A model generated the notes under the pieces. It searched no databases. It worked only from the letters and a program-made list of their open reading frames with translations, and was not told the origin of the DNA. Both the position numbers and the translations under genes were made by a program. This document shows, piece after piece, positions 29,578 through 40,200 of a stretch of 64,000 nucleotides of DNA (the first letter of the stretch is position 1; each line of letters starts with the position of its first letter). Source of the DNA: Candidatus Eiseniibacteriota bacterium (GTDB taxonomy: Bacteria > Eisenbacteria > RBG-16-71-46 > CAIMUX01 > VGJL01); the NCBI GenBank assembly GCA_963792585.1, contig CAWBWI010000003.1, positions 1,248,001-1,312,000 on the forward strand. Reading direction: 5' to 3'.

Positions 29578-32418
29578 TCAATCCATCAGGATCATCTTTC
29601 GTGCGGTCGCCTGTCCGGCCGCGCGGAGGCGATAGAAGTAGATCCCGCTGGCGGCCCGCCGATCCTCATCGTTGCGTCCGTCCCAGACAACAACGTGGGG
29701 ACCAGCATCGAGCGGCGAGGAAACCAGACGACGGACCACGCGCCCGGTGACGTCCAGGATCTCGAGTTCCGTCTGACATGCCTGTGGGAGCGAGAAGCTG
29801 ATCTGCGTTTGAGGCTGGAATGGGTTGGGCATGTTCTGGCTGAGTTGCAGGAACGCGCCACCGCTCACTGCAGATTCGATGACATCGGCAGGGGCAATGC
29901 AGGATTCGAGATAGAGCTGAGCGAAATCCACGCCGGTGTCGTCCGCGACGATCAGTCGCAACTGTCCGTCGGCCAGGAACGGCAGAAGGTTGATCGGTCC
30001 GGTAGCCGTTGGGAGGGCGGATAGATCCAGCAAGAAGGTTGCGGTCTGACCGGCGTTCCACGTTCCGCCGGCTCCCGGCAAGAGGCGAATCGCGCTGCCC
30101 CAGCCCGCCCACGTCGCCGGGCAGCTGGTCGGGTCGAGGAGCTCCAGCGCAATGATGTCATTGAAGGTGCCGCCACTGCCCAATCCGGTCGTACCGCGCA
30201 CCCGGACGGAGAGGAACGCACGTGTCGGCGGAGTGAAGGTGAACGTGTGGGCGATCCACGCGTTCGCGGGGACGCTGCCCTCACCCGGAATCTGATCGAA
30301 GTTTGCCAACGAGACACCCCAACAGCTCGCGATCCAACTCGTGAGGCCGGCGTCCGGCGATGCCGGGTCAGGCGTCACGAAGTTGTCGAACGCGCCGGCC
30401 AAGAGCTGATACTGGAGCGGCTGCGGGCAGGGAGGGCAGCAGCAGGCCGTCTCGAGCTCCATGTAGTCGATGTTGCAGTCATCTTGCGTGAGGATGTCCA
30501 GACTTCCCGTCGTCAAGAGCGGAAGGATGTTCACGGTGCCGGTTGCGGTTGGCAGCGCCGATAGATCGAGACAGATCGTCCGATCCGTTCCGTTCCATCC
30601 TGGGATCAGGTCCATGAGGTGGCGTCCCCAAGCCCACGTCCCCGTGCAACTTCCTGGAAGGCCGAGGCAAATGTAGTCGGTGGTGTACAAGCTGCTCTCC
30701 GAACGCAGCTTGATGCAGAGCTTTGCCGACTGGACACCCGTGGAGCAGGTGTTGCACAGATTGAAGCTCTGGGCAAACCAACGATCGGAGCCGGTCTGAT
30801 CGAAGTTCCGCAGGGGGGGATGCGTCGGCGCGCACGTGGCCATCCAGTTGGACAGCGCTGCGCTCGGCTGGGCAGCCTCGGATCCAACGTAGTTGTCTTT
30901 CGTCCCCGCGATCTGCGTCGAGAAGTACTTCCGCGGGCAGGTCTCCGGCGAACAACAGGTCGTGATATCCAGACGCACGAAATCGAAGTCCGTGTCGTCC
31001 TGTGAGAGGAACTCCAGGCTTCCGCTCGCCAGCAAAGGCAGGAGGTTGATCCCGCCAGGGAGATTCGCAAGGTCGAGGCAGAAGAGCTGTGATTCTCCGG
31101 TGGTCCATGTGCCCCCGTTGCCGGGGAGGTCCTTGACGAATGTCGAGAAGGCAGAGTGTGGAGCGACACCGCCGCAACCGGGTTGGTTGATCAACTTCAG
31201 GTTTATCGTATCGTTCGCAGGGTCGCTACCCAAGGCGGTAGCTCGGAAGCACAGGTTCGCCGCCAACACCTCGCAAGCGGGGAAATTGAACGTATGGAGC
31301 CGCCATCTGTTGATCGTTGCATCATCAAAACCGGCCGCCGCCAGATAGCCGGGGAAGCACTGTTGCATGAAGGCATTCAGAACGAGGTCCGGGCTCATGG
31401 GGTCGAACCCACCACCGAAGTTGTCATCTACGCCCGCAGTCACGGACGAAGCGAAGCCGGTCCCCGGACACCCGCCGCAAGTGTTGCACGTGAGTGTTCC
31501 CAGGTTGCCGTAGCACCGGCCCGAAGGCCACGGAACGGTCCAAGGTTGAGTGCAGGAGGGGCTCGTGATACTCCAGTAGGCCCCTGCATGAACGCCGGAA
31601 CATCCGGGGATACGTGTGCGGAACCTACCGAAGATGTCCGTGATCACGGACTTGGATCCGACGAGTCCTCCGTTGTCATGGAACTCCACAGTGGCCTTCG
31701 CGATCCTGAGCGGGGATCCGTCATCGCAAACAAGGCGGCCGCGCAGTTTCCTGAAGAGGGACAGGCCGAAGCTGGCGTCATACGGTTGGCCGAAGACGGT
31801 CTGACATGAAGTCCACTGTGGAAAGCCGAAGTAATCGCTGCGGAACTGGCTGTCGAGGCCCGTCACGGCCCCGGCCGCCAGGCGTCCCCACTGCGGTGGG
31901 TAGACATGGTCGTCCGCCTGGACGCTCAGCCAGTATCTCTGATCCGGCTCCAGGGGAACATCCACATCCGCCGCGTAACTGTAGAGCGGGAACGCTCCCT
32001 GGTTTCCGACGAATGTCTCGGTGACGGATGGGAGCAGCCACTCGGCGATGACGGAGTTGGGCTTGCCTTCACTGTCATCGTACAGAACGATGTTGAAGCC
32101 TTGGACATGAGGGTTGCCCGGCGTGTAGTTGAAGTACCCGCCCCACCACTCGATTCTCCCGAGATCGAGCTCCTCGCCGACGACGAAGTCATTGGCGACC
32201 TCGGTCTCCACTCCGTCGGCGCCGATCAGCTCCGAAGAAGCGATCAATCCGTTCAAGTTGGGTGGATCCATCCAGGTGGAGTCGGGGTCATCGGGTCGGG
32301 TGAGGGCCGTGAGAATGCTGCGCGGTCCGAGTCCTCCCGCCGAAACTTGTGGTTCCGCCGCGCTGGCGGTCGATCCTACGACAACGAGCGCTAGAAGCGC
32401 GCCCCATATCACCTTCAT
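29578..32418 (-). CDS. Large secreted Cys-rich protein with three ~170-aa tandem repeats and C-terminal FlgD-Ig-like domain
   Basis: Signal peptide MKVIWGALLALVVVGSTASA; three repeats sharing AG..DN / FD / LDL..LP / N(L/I)LP.L..G.L / DD...D; C-terminal LSQNMPNPF...DVTGRVVRRL...WDGRND....ASGIYFYRL. Confidence 0.85.
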   Translation of the reverse strand: MKVIWGALLALVVVGSTASAAEPQVSAGGLGPRSILTALTRPDDPDSTWMDPPNLNGLIASSELIGADGVETEVANDFVVGEELDLGRIEWWGGYFNYTPGNPHVQGFNIVLYDDSEGKPNSVIAEWLLPSVTETFVGNQGAFPLYSYAADVDVPLEPDQRYWLSVQADDHVYPPQWGRLAAGAVTGLDSQFRSDYFGFPQWTSCQTVFGQPYDASFGLSLFRKLRGRLVCDDGSPLRIAKATVEFHDNGGLVGSKSVITDIFGRFRTRIPGCSGVHAGAYWSITSPSCTQPWTVPWPSGRCYGNLGTLTCNTCGGCPGTGFASSVTAGVDDNFGGGFDPMSPDLVLNAFMQQCFPGYLAAAGFDDATINRWRLHTFNFPACEVLAANLCFRATALGSDPANDTINLKLINQPGCGGVAPHSAFSTFVKDLPGNGGTWTTGESQLFCLDLANLPGGINLLPLLASGSLEFLSQDDTDFDFVRLDITTCCSPETCPRKYFSTQIAGTKDNYVGSEAAQPSAALSNWMATCAPTHPPLRNFDQTGSDRWFAQSFNLCNTCSTGVQSAKLCIKLRSESSLYTTDYICLGLPGSCTGTWAWGRHLMDLIPGWNGTDRTICLDLSALPTATGTVNILPLLTTGSLDILTQDDCNIDYMELETACCCPPCPQPLQYQLLAGAFDNFVTPDPASPDAGLTSWIASCWGVSLANFDQIPGEGSVPANAWIAHTFTFTPPTRAFLSVRVRGTTGLGSGGTFNDIIALELLDPTSCPATWAGWGSAIRLLPGAGGTWNAGQTATFLLDLSALPTATGPINLLPFLADGQLRLIVADDTGVDFAQLYLESCIAPADVIESAVSGGAFLQLSQNMPNPFQPQTQISFSLPQACQTELEILDVTGRVVRRLVSSPLDAGPHVVVWDGRNDEDRRAASGIYFYRLRAAGQATARKMILMD

Positions 32419-32764
32419 CGAAAGTCCCCCTTCGTTCGCCATTGTCGCTGAGGTGAATCGCCTCTCGACAACCGTCCGGTTTTCGAATGATTTCGGGATC
32501 CGAGGGCTCGATCACTGTCGCAAGTTCATGACGTCCGGCCAACGGTCGGTTCGTCCACGGATCCCGCTTGGCAAATTGCGTTCGTGTCGACACGGCGCAG
32601 TGCGATTGACCATGGGATACGGATCGGTGGGGGGAATCTAACTGGGAAACGACAATGCTCGGGCGATAGGTTCAAGTGAGCGAGTTCACGCTCGCTTCTC
32701 GCGGGGGCGTGTTCCCGAAAATGGGCTCGATGAAGAATGGGGGGGGAAGTTGCTCGGGCTCCGA

Positions 32765-35320
32765 TTACTTTTGCGCTGAATCCCCGGCGCGCAGGTCTCC
32801 CGGATCCCCGACCAGCACAAACGCGGCCCAGAGTGCCGGGTTCTCGAATGGACGGCTTCCGTCGGGATCGCGGAACTCCCGGAGCCAGCGCTTGGCCTCT
32901 TGCAGGGCGAGCGGTCTGGACATCGGAAGTCCCGTACCGCCCGAGCGCCTGTCCGTGTAGGAGCCGGTCAGATTCTCGTAGAATCGCTCCATCAGGAGGG
33001 CGGTGGCCCTGTCATCGACCGACCAGAGGGCGACGAGGAGGCTTCTGGCTCCCGTCAGGAATAGAGCCTGACAGAGGCCACTCACGGGCTCCGTAAAGTA
33101 GAAGGCTCCGACGTCGCTTCTGCAGGAACTCAGGGTCACGAGGTCTGCATTCAGGTGCCACGTTGAGAGGATGTCCTGCGGCCGCAGGCAGTCGCGTTCG
33201 TCGCCATCCGCCGATAAAGGTGTGCTTGGCAGAGTCCCCGGCCCTAGTGAGAAGACGAGAGCGGACTCCATTGGACGGGTTCCCGACACGACGGCATGCG
33301 TCGCGATGTGAATGAGATCGAATTCCCGCAACGAGTCCGACGCTGCCAACCGTAGCAGACCTGCTTTCTGTCCTCCTCCACCCAGCACAACCGTCGTGCC
33401 CCGAAACAGGCGCGCGAGGCCGCGGATCTCGTCTCTGACGCCGGGCAAAGAGCCCAGGCCGATGCGACTCGATCCCGCGGATGGATCGCGGGATCCGAGG
33501 ACGGCGACGCCCGGTTCCTCGCCGTGATCACCCCCGACCAGGAGAGCGCGCCACGATGCCTGTGGCCGTTGGCGGCGATGCGCTTCATGCATGCGGACGA
33601 AGAGCGTGGAGGACGGAATGTAGGAGACCTCGAAGCGATCGCCGAGGAACGTTCCCGTCGAATCCAAGAGCGACTCGAGGGCGGCGCGGTGAATACTTCC
33701 CGCCTTCACGACATAGATCCGGCGAATGCCGCCCAGGTGCGGGATGAGCGGGGTGATGCGCTCCGTGTATGCCGCCCGAGCGAGCGTCATGAGTTCGGTG
33801 TTCATCGGCGCATGCAGGGGCCACTCTCCCGAATTGCGTAGTGTTGTCATGTACGAACTCATCGTGACACTCCGCGCTCCGTCCGGGGATCCTGGCGGCG
33901 CGTCGACTCTGACCCACGCGATCGGACAGGAGGCGCGGATGACATACCCCCAGTACGGGTAGTCGATGACATCGGAGCGGTTGCGACTGCCCTCGAGCCA
34001 TCCCATCACCGCGGCATCGGCGGGGAGGATCCGCTGAAGCTCCTGGACGGAGCAGAATCGGGAGTCGGTGGGTGGATCGAGGTCGGCCCATTCCATCGCG
34101 CTCGAGGAGTCGGGGGGAATGAGCTGATCGAGAAGAGACCGGCTCAAACCCCGTTCGAGCGAACTCCAAGCTCTGTCGCTCTTCCCCTGCATCATCTCGA
34201 ACATGGCGACCTTCCACCAATCCGCGAGGCCGTGATTCGGGGGATACCCCTTCAGCCCTTCCCGAAGGAAGTCCTCGTGGAGCCGAACCGAGGCGAGGGC
34301 GTACCGCTCCGCTTGCTCGAAATCGCCCCTCCTCTCGAATGTGTCGGCGCATAGGCTGAGGATGAGCGCTCGACTCTCGGGACTGACGGCGTTGGGCCGC
34401 GATGCGACGATCCGAGAGGCCGATCGCAAATAGGGTTCGGCATTTGCCCAGTGACCGCGCTGAAGGTGCACCAGTCCGATCGAGCACAGCGCCTCGGCGA
34501 TCTCGGGGTCATCAGGGGGGAGCAGCCGCCGACGTATTCGCAAGCATCGGTCGAGGAGTTCGAGCGCGGAGTCATAGTTCCGTTCCGCCCGGCGCACGTC
34601 CGCGAGGTCGTGGAGACTCTCGCCGACCTCGAGACTCTCGTTGCCGAAAAGGGTGCGCCTGAGATCCATGGCCTCCGTGTGCAGGGATTCCGCCTGGTCG
34701 AAGCGGTAGAAGTTCTTCGCGGAGCGACCTAGGGCGGCCGCGCTCTCCGCGACCAGCGGATGTCGATCACCCAAGATGGCCCGCCGAATATCGTGGCCCT
34801 GCTTGCGCAGCGCGGAGGCTCCCGCGCGATCTCCGCGCAGATACCTGATCTCTCCCAACGTCATGAGCGATGCGGCGGCGTCGACGTGATCCGACCCCAG
34901 GAGACGTTGGCGCGTGTTGAACTGCCGTTGTGCCATGTCGTATGCGCGGCGATAGCTGCCGCTCAGGATCAGGTCGTGGATCGTCCGATCCGCGCGGTCC
35001 GCCTCTGCCAGTGTCTCCCGGCACGAGTCGGGCAGAGCCGCCGCAAGATCGCACGTCCGGATCAGGCGGTCCGCGTCCTCTCGCTTCCAGGATGGCACGT
35101 CGGGAACGGTTCCCAGCCCTTCGGCGAGGCGAATGGCGAGACCCATGGCCTCGTCATAGCGTCCCGCCTCGCGCAGGTCCTCGACGCCGTCCGCTCGCGC
35201 AGCCTTCGTGGCATCGCGTGGAGCGGTCGCCGGCTGGACCAACAGAGCCGAGAGCAGAACGACGCAGAGCCCAATGGCCCGAACGCGGAGTCCTCGAATC
35301 GTCATGAAAGAACGTTCCAT
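32765..35320 (-). CDS. TPR-repeat CHAT-domain (caspase-like, clan CD) protease with N-terminal signal/TM segment
   Basis: Kinesin-light-chain-type TPRs (RRAILGDRHPLVAES); CHAT catalytic His in LIHIATHA and Cys in LVTLSSCRS; GARSLLVALWSVDD..TA.LMERFY; WAAFVLVGDP. Start uncertain. Confidence 0.9.
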   Translation of the reverse strand: MERSFMTIRGLRVRAIGLCVVLLSALLVQPATAPRDATKAARADGVEDLREAGRYDEAMGLAIRLAEGLGTVPDVPSWKREDADRLIRTCDLAAALPDSCRETLAEADRADRTIHDLILSGSYRRAYDMAQRQFNTRQRLLGSDHVDAAASLMTLGEIRYLRGDRAGASALRKQGHDIRRAILGDRHPLVAESAAALGRSAKNFYRFDQAESLHTEAMDLRRTLFGNESLEVGESLHDLADVRRAERNYDSALELLDRCLRIRRRLLPPDDPEIAEALCSIGLVHLQRGHWANAEPYLRSASRIVASRPNAVSPESRALILSLCADTFERRGDFEQAERYALASVRLHEDFLREGLKGYPPNHGLADWWKVAMFEMMQGKSDRAWSSLERGLSRSLLDQLIPPDSSSAMEWADLDPPTDSRFCSVQELQRILPADAAVMGWLEGSRNRSDVIDYPYWGYVIRASCPIAWVRVDAPPGSPDGARSVTMSSYMTTLRNSGEWPLHAPMNTELMTLARAAYTERITPLIPHLGGIRRIYVVKAGSIHRAALESLLDSTGTFLGDRFEVSYIPSSTLFVRMHEAHRRQRPQASWRALLVGGDHGEEPGVAVLGSRDPSAGSSRIGLGSLPGVRDEIRGLARLFRGTTVVLGGGGQKAGLLRLAASDSLREFDLIHIATHAVVSGTRPMESALVFSLGPGTLPSTPLSADGDERDCLRPQDILSTWHLNADLVTLSSCRSDVGAFYFTEPVSGLCQALFLTGARSLLVALWSVDDRATALLMERFYENLTGSYTDRRSGGTGLPMSRPLALQEAKRWLREFRDPDGSRPFENPALWAAFVLVGDPGDLRAGDSAQK

Positions 35321-35611
35321 CGCATCCCCAAGCGGAGGAGAATCAGCGGCCGCTTCACATCCGGGTATGTAACAGTTCCGAGGCGCACCGGCTTGATCTC
35401 GACTCCAGCAGGGCAATGCTAGGGGAGCGACGACGAAAACGATTGTGGAAGTGTGGGGTATAAACAAAACTCACCAACCATGCCTCTCGGATAAGGGTGG
35501 GATCTGCGAACCGAGCGGTTCTCGATTGTGCAGAACTTCCCATCCGGCTATGGTCGCCGGTTGATTCGGCAACCGACCATCGGCGGCGACAGTGGAGGAC
35601 GGCTGGGGGAC

Positions 35612-36394
35612 ATGGAGAGAAACTCGGGCGCGGCAGGTCCGATCGAACTGCCGAGCCCCCAAACGGAAAGTGAAGGCTCCGGACCGCTATGGGCGGGTGA
35701 GATTGCCCAGCTCTGCCGGCATCTCCCGCCCGCCACCCGAATGGACGAGCCGATGGAACTCCTTGAACGGCTGTGGCTTGTCGTCAACCTAGCAGTTTGT
35801 CGATATCTACGAATTCACAGCGCGCGCTTCGCCTCGGTGCGTCCGGAAGATATCGAGGATCTCGGCTCACAAAAGACGTTAGAACTCCTCGAGAGAATCG
35901 TCTCTGGTTCATGGGACCTGTCCAACCGAACGGCGGCTGAAATTGCCGCCTATATCTCGGCATCGGCACGGAACGCTCTGCTGGATCAAGGCCGTAGGGC
36001 AGTGCGGTTGGTCCGACCGGAAGATCATGAGTGGGAGCGGACGATGAGCGAATCGACACCGGAGTCGCTTGGGAGCGCTCGGAACGATGATTGGGTCGAT
36101 GCGGAAGCGTTCTCCCGCGATCTGCTGGGTTGTCTTGCAGGCCTTGCGCCGCGTGCGCGTCTCGTCTGGTTCTTTCGAGCATTCTATGAGCTCTCCAGCC
36201 GGGAGATCGCCGAACATCCGAGGATCAAGCTCGAGGTCGGACACGTGGACGTTCTGATGCAACGCACCCGAACTGCCATCCAGCAGTGCCTTCGGAAGGC
36301 AGGACACGAGGCCACCGAAATCCCGGCCGGCGTCTATGCGAGAATCTGGGATGTGTCCCGAACCTGGGCCCAGACGGAAGGGAATGACGGGTGA
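35612..36394 (+). CDS. ECF-type RNA polymerase sigma factor
   Basis: sigma2-like EDIEDL...YISASARNALLD..R; sigma4-like CLAGLAPRARLVW.....ELSSREIA.....VGHVDVLMQRTR..IQQCL. Confidence 0.8.
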   Translation: MERNSGAAGPIELPSPQTESEGSGPLWAGEIAQLCRHLPPATRMDEPMELLERLWLVVNLAVCRYLRIHSARFASVRPEDIEDLGSQKTLELLERIVSGSWDLSNRTAAEIAAYISASARNALLDQGRRAVRLVRPEDHEWERTMSESTPESLGSARNDDWVDAEAFSRDLLGCLAGLAPRARLVWFFRAFYELSSREIAEHPRIKLEVGHVDVLMQRTRTAIQQCLRKAGHEATEIPAGVYARIWDVSRTWAQTEGNDG

Positions 36395-37182
36395 TGAGCC
36401 ACCACCCAGACGACGACCAGTTGCTGGATCTGGTTCTCGATCTTCTGCCGCGGGAGAAGGAAGGGCATGTTCTCGATCACGTCGCCCACTGCCGTGCCTG
36501 TGAATCCAGAATGCGGAGCCAGGCGGGAGAGATGGAGCGCCTCGCACCGGAAGCTTCCGCGGCAGTGCTGCGACACGCCGCAATTCTAGGTGGGACTCAA
36601 CATCGGGTTGGCGCCTCCGCCGCGCGTCGAGGCCTGTCGGTTGCAGAACGGATCCGTGGCTGGTTGGGTAGGCCGTGGACCGTTCGAAGGCTCCTGCCGG
36701 TGGGCGGGCTCGCGGGAGGCCTGGCCCTGCTCCTGATCCTCGTGATTCCGCGGGACCCGACGCCCGAATCGCAGCTCGAAGCCAATTGGCTGCCGTCGTC
36801 TCCCGCCCTCGTTCAGCGCGGAGGCACAAAGGACAATGCCCTGTCGGGGCGGCTGGCGGAGGGGCTGGCGGCCTATTATCGGCACGACCTGGCGAATGCG
36901 ATCCGGAATTTGGAAGAAGCGACCGTTCCCTACGAACTCGAGCCGTTTCGAAGGCTCTACCTCGCCAACGCGCTCACCCTGTCCGGGGACTATGCCCAGG
37001 CTGTGAAGGTCCTCCGGAAGTACTCGCCCGACTTTCTTCCGGAGCCCTGGGCCACGGAGGGGAACTGGACGCTGCTGGTGGCATTCGAACGGTCGGGGCG
37101 GCGCGCCAGCGCCGACTCTTTACGCCGACTGCTCTCCACGCGCCCCGGCCAGATCGGGGAGCGGATCCGGCGCTTGCGCTGA
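36391..37182 (+). CDS. Putative anti-sigma factor: zinc finger, TM helix, periplasmic TPR-like domain
   Basis: HPDDDQLLD...HVAHCRAC (Hx3Cx2C ZAS motif); TM VGGLAGGLALLLILVI; TPR-like LYLANALTLSGDYAQAV. Overlaps the sigma stop codon. Confidence 0.8.
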   Translation: MMSHHPDDDQLLDLVLDLLPREKEGHVLDHVAHCRACESRMRSQAGEMERLAPEASAAVLRHAAILGGTQHRVGASAARRGLSVAERIRGWLGRPWTVRRLLPVGGLAGGLALLLILVIPRDPTPESQLEANWLPSSPALVQRGGTKDNALSGRLAEGLAAYYRHDLANAIRNLEEATVPYELEPFRRLYLANALTLSGDYAQAVKVLRKYSPDFLPEPWATEGNWTLLVAFERSGRRASADSLRRLLSTRPGQIGERIRRLR

Positions 37183-37251
37183 CGTAGACGACGGATCGTA
37201 CCCTTTCTGGTACCCTCCTTCGATGCACGAAGCGAATTCAACTGACCGGCG

Positions 37252-40200
37252 TTGGAGCCTTCTCTGATCCCGGAAGGAGATAAGGGGCCGGAGGGACCGG
37301 CGGGAGACCCGGCGTCGCAGCTGCCGTCCGAGGATCCGTCGCAGCACGATGCGACGGTCGATCTTCGCATGTCCCCTCCCGCCGGTGCGCCGACTCCGGC
37401 GAACCCCGATCAACCCGCGGCAACGCAGGTCGGCCGCTATCCGATTCTGCGGGAACTCGGCCGAGGCGGAATGGGGGTCGTCTATCTCGTCGAGGATCCG
37501 ACGCTCGGTCGCACCGTGGCACTCAAACGGGTTCCGGAATCCCTCGCCCAGGATGCGGCCCGCCTCGAGCGCTTCCGACAGGAAGCGCGACTCCTCGCGT
37601 CCCTGAATCATCCCAATATTGCGACCATCCACTCTCTCGAGGAGGCCGACGGGGTTTGCTTTCTCACGATGGAAGCCATCGCCGGGGAGACCCTCGCGGA
37701 TCGTCTGAAGCAAGCTCCCCTTGCCCTCGAGGAATCGTTGCGGATCGCGCGTCAAATCGCCCGGGCAGTCGAGACGGCCCACAAGCGGGGGATCGTGCAT
37801 CGGGACCTGAAGCCGGGCAACATCATGTTCACCCCCGATCTCGATGTGAAGGTGCTCGACTTCGGCCTTGCGTCGTTCGCGGACGGGACGGGCGTATTCG
37901 GCGGATTCGGAACCGAATCCGAGTCCACCGTTTCCGAGGTTTCCGGGACGCCGGGGTATATGAGCCCTGAGCAGATCGAAGGCGCCGCCTCGGATCCTCG
38001 AATGGATGTCTGGGCTTTCGGCTGCATCCTGTTCGAATGCCTCACGGGTGAGCGCGCCATCCGCGGGAAAACCCTCATGGAGAGGATGCGAAGCACCTCG
38101 GCGGACCGGCCCGACCTGAACCTCCTTCCCACGACCTCTCCCGCCGCGCTTCGGGAGATGCTCAAGCGATGCCTCGCCCACAGCGCCGCGGATCGATCTC
38201 CATCCATGTCGGAGCCGAGGCAGGTCGTCGAGGAGCTTCTCGCGGAACTCACGTTTCAGCCCGGCCGGTCGGATCCTTCCGAGGACCGCGGCGCAATTCC
38301 GAACAATCTTCCCCGGCACGGCTCCACATTCATCGGGCGGACCGCCGAGGTGGCCGGGGTGGCGAATCTGCTCGCCGATCATCGGCTCGTGACCTTGACG
38401 GGCATCGGGGGTGCGGGGAAGACGCGGCTCGCGCTCCGCGTGGCGGAAACGCTGCTCGGGACGACTTACGACGGTATCTGGTTCGTGGAACTGGCTCCCC
38501 TCTCCAGTTCCGAGGACATCGCCGGCACGATCATGGTCACCCTCGGCATTCCGGAGTCGCTCGACCGCACGCCGATCCAGGCCGTTTCCGGGCACCTGGC
38601 GGCGAGGCGGACCCTTCTGGTGATCGATAACTGCGAGCATGTGATCGAAGGAGCGGCGCGGATCGCGAGCGCGCTCCTGCGGGACGCGCCCGGCCTGCGA
38701 ATTCTCGCCACCAGTCGCGAGCGGCTCGCCGTCGATGGTGAGGTCTGCTACGCCACTCCGTTGCTCGAGTTGCCAGATCGATCCGGGCCCCTCGACGTTG
38801 CCGCGGCGGCGCGATGCGCCGCGGTCGAGCTGTTCCTCCAACGGGCCCGGCAGGTCGGCGCGACGATCGAGTTGAGCGAGTCGAATGCGCCGGCGATCGT
38901 CGAGATCTGCCGTCGGCTCGACGGAATCCCCTTGGCCATCGAGCTCGCGGCCTCACGTCTGAAGATGCTGGGGGTTGAGGATGTCCTCCGCCGGATGGAC
39001 GATCGATTTCGCCTCCTGACCGGAGGAGCCCGGGGAGATCTCCCGCATCATCGCACGCTGCGCGCCCTCATCGACTGGAGCTACGAGCAACTCGACCCCG
39101 CGGAACAGGCTCTCATGCAGCGCCTCTCGGTATTCGCCGGAGGCTGGACGCTGGAGGCCGCGGAGGCGGTCGCCGCCGGCGGCGAGGTGAACGGCTGGGA
39201 CATCCTGGATCTCTCCTCGCGGCTGGTGGACAAGTCCCTCATCGTGGCGGATGCCGCATCTTCCGACGGAACAACCCGATTCCGAATGCTGGAGACGGTG
39301 AGGGCATACGCCGCCGAGCGACTCGAGGGTGGGGACGAGGGGGCGGAGATTCGCCGGCGTCATCGAGACTACTTCGTGGCGCTCGTCACCCGGGCGGAGC
39401 CGGAATTCACCGGCAAGGAGCAGGCCAGGTGGTACTCGCGAGTCGCCGCGGAGCACGATGAGATCCGCCGGGCCTTCGAGAGCTGCCGGGAGCCCGACGC
39501 GGATCCGGCCATCGGTCTCCGTCTCGCCGGTGCCCTCTTCCGTTACTGGTTCACTCGGGGACACTGGACCGAAGCCGATACCTTGTGCCGCGAGGTGCTC
39601 CTCCGGGCCAACGCACTTGCTCCAACCGCGGACACGGCGAAGGTTCTGAACAGCATCGGCGCGGTCGCAATCCATCGGGGACATCTCGACGAGGCGCGGC
39701 GCTACTGGCGGGAGACGCTCGACGTCTGGACGGCACTCGACGATCCGGCGGGCATGGGCGCGGCTCGACTCAACCTGGGCAACGTCTCCTATAGCGCCGG
39801 CGACTATGCGTCGGCAGCCCGCGACTATACCGAGAGCCTCGAGATCTACCGCCGTCTGGATCAGCCCGATGGAATCTGCCGGGTACTCATCAGCCTGGGC
39901 AATGTCGCCCTTGCGCAGGGGGATTACGAACAGAGCCGGACCTACGCCCGGGAGTCCGTGGAACGGCTGCGGCGAATGGGCCACGCCGAGTTGACCGCCC
40001 ACGCGCTGATCACGCTCGGAACCGCCGAGGTCCGGCTGGAGAGAAACGAAGAGGCCGCGCAGCACTATCAGGAGAGCCTCGAGATACAGAAGGAGCTGGG
40101 AGATCGACGGAACATTGCGATCGCCACGATCAACCTCGCGGTTGTCTTCCTCGCGGAGAAGCGCTTCTCGGAAGCTCACGCTCGCTTCTGTGACGCCGCG

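Noticed and set aside
32765..36394. Possible type III-E CRISPR (Craspase) locus, given TPR-CHAT plus a sigma factor
   Set aside because: No cas7-11, csx30/csx31, cas1 or repeat array is visible in the window. Retained only as an analogy.
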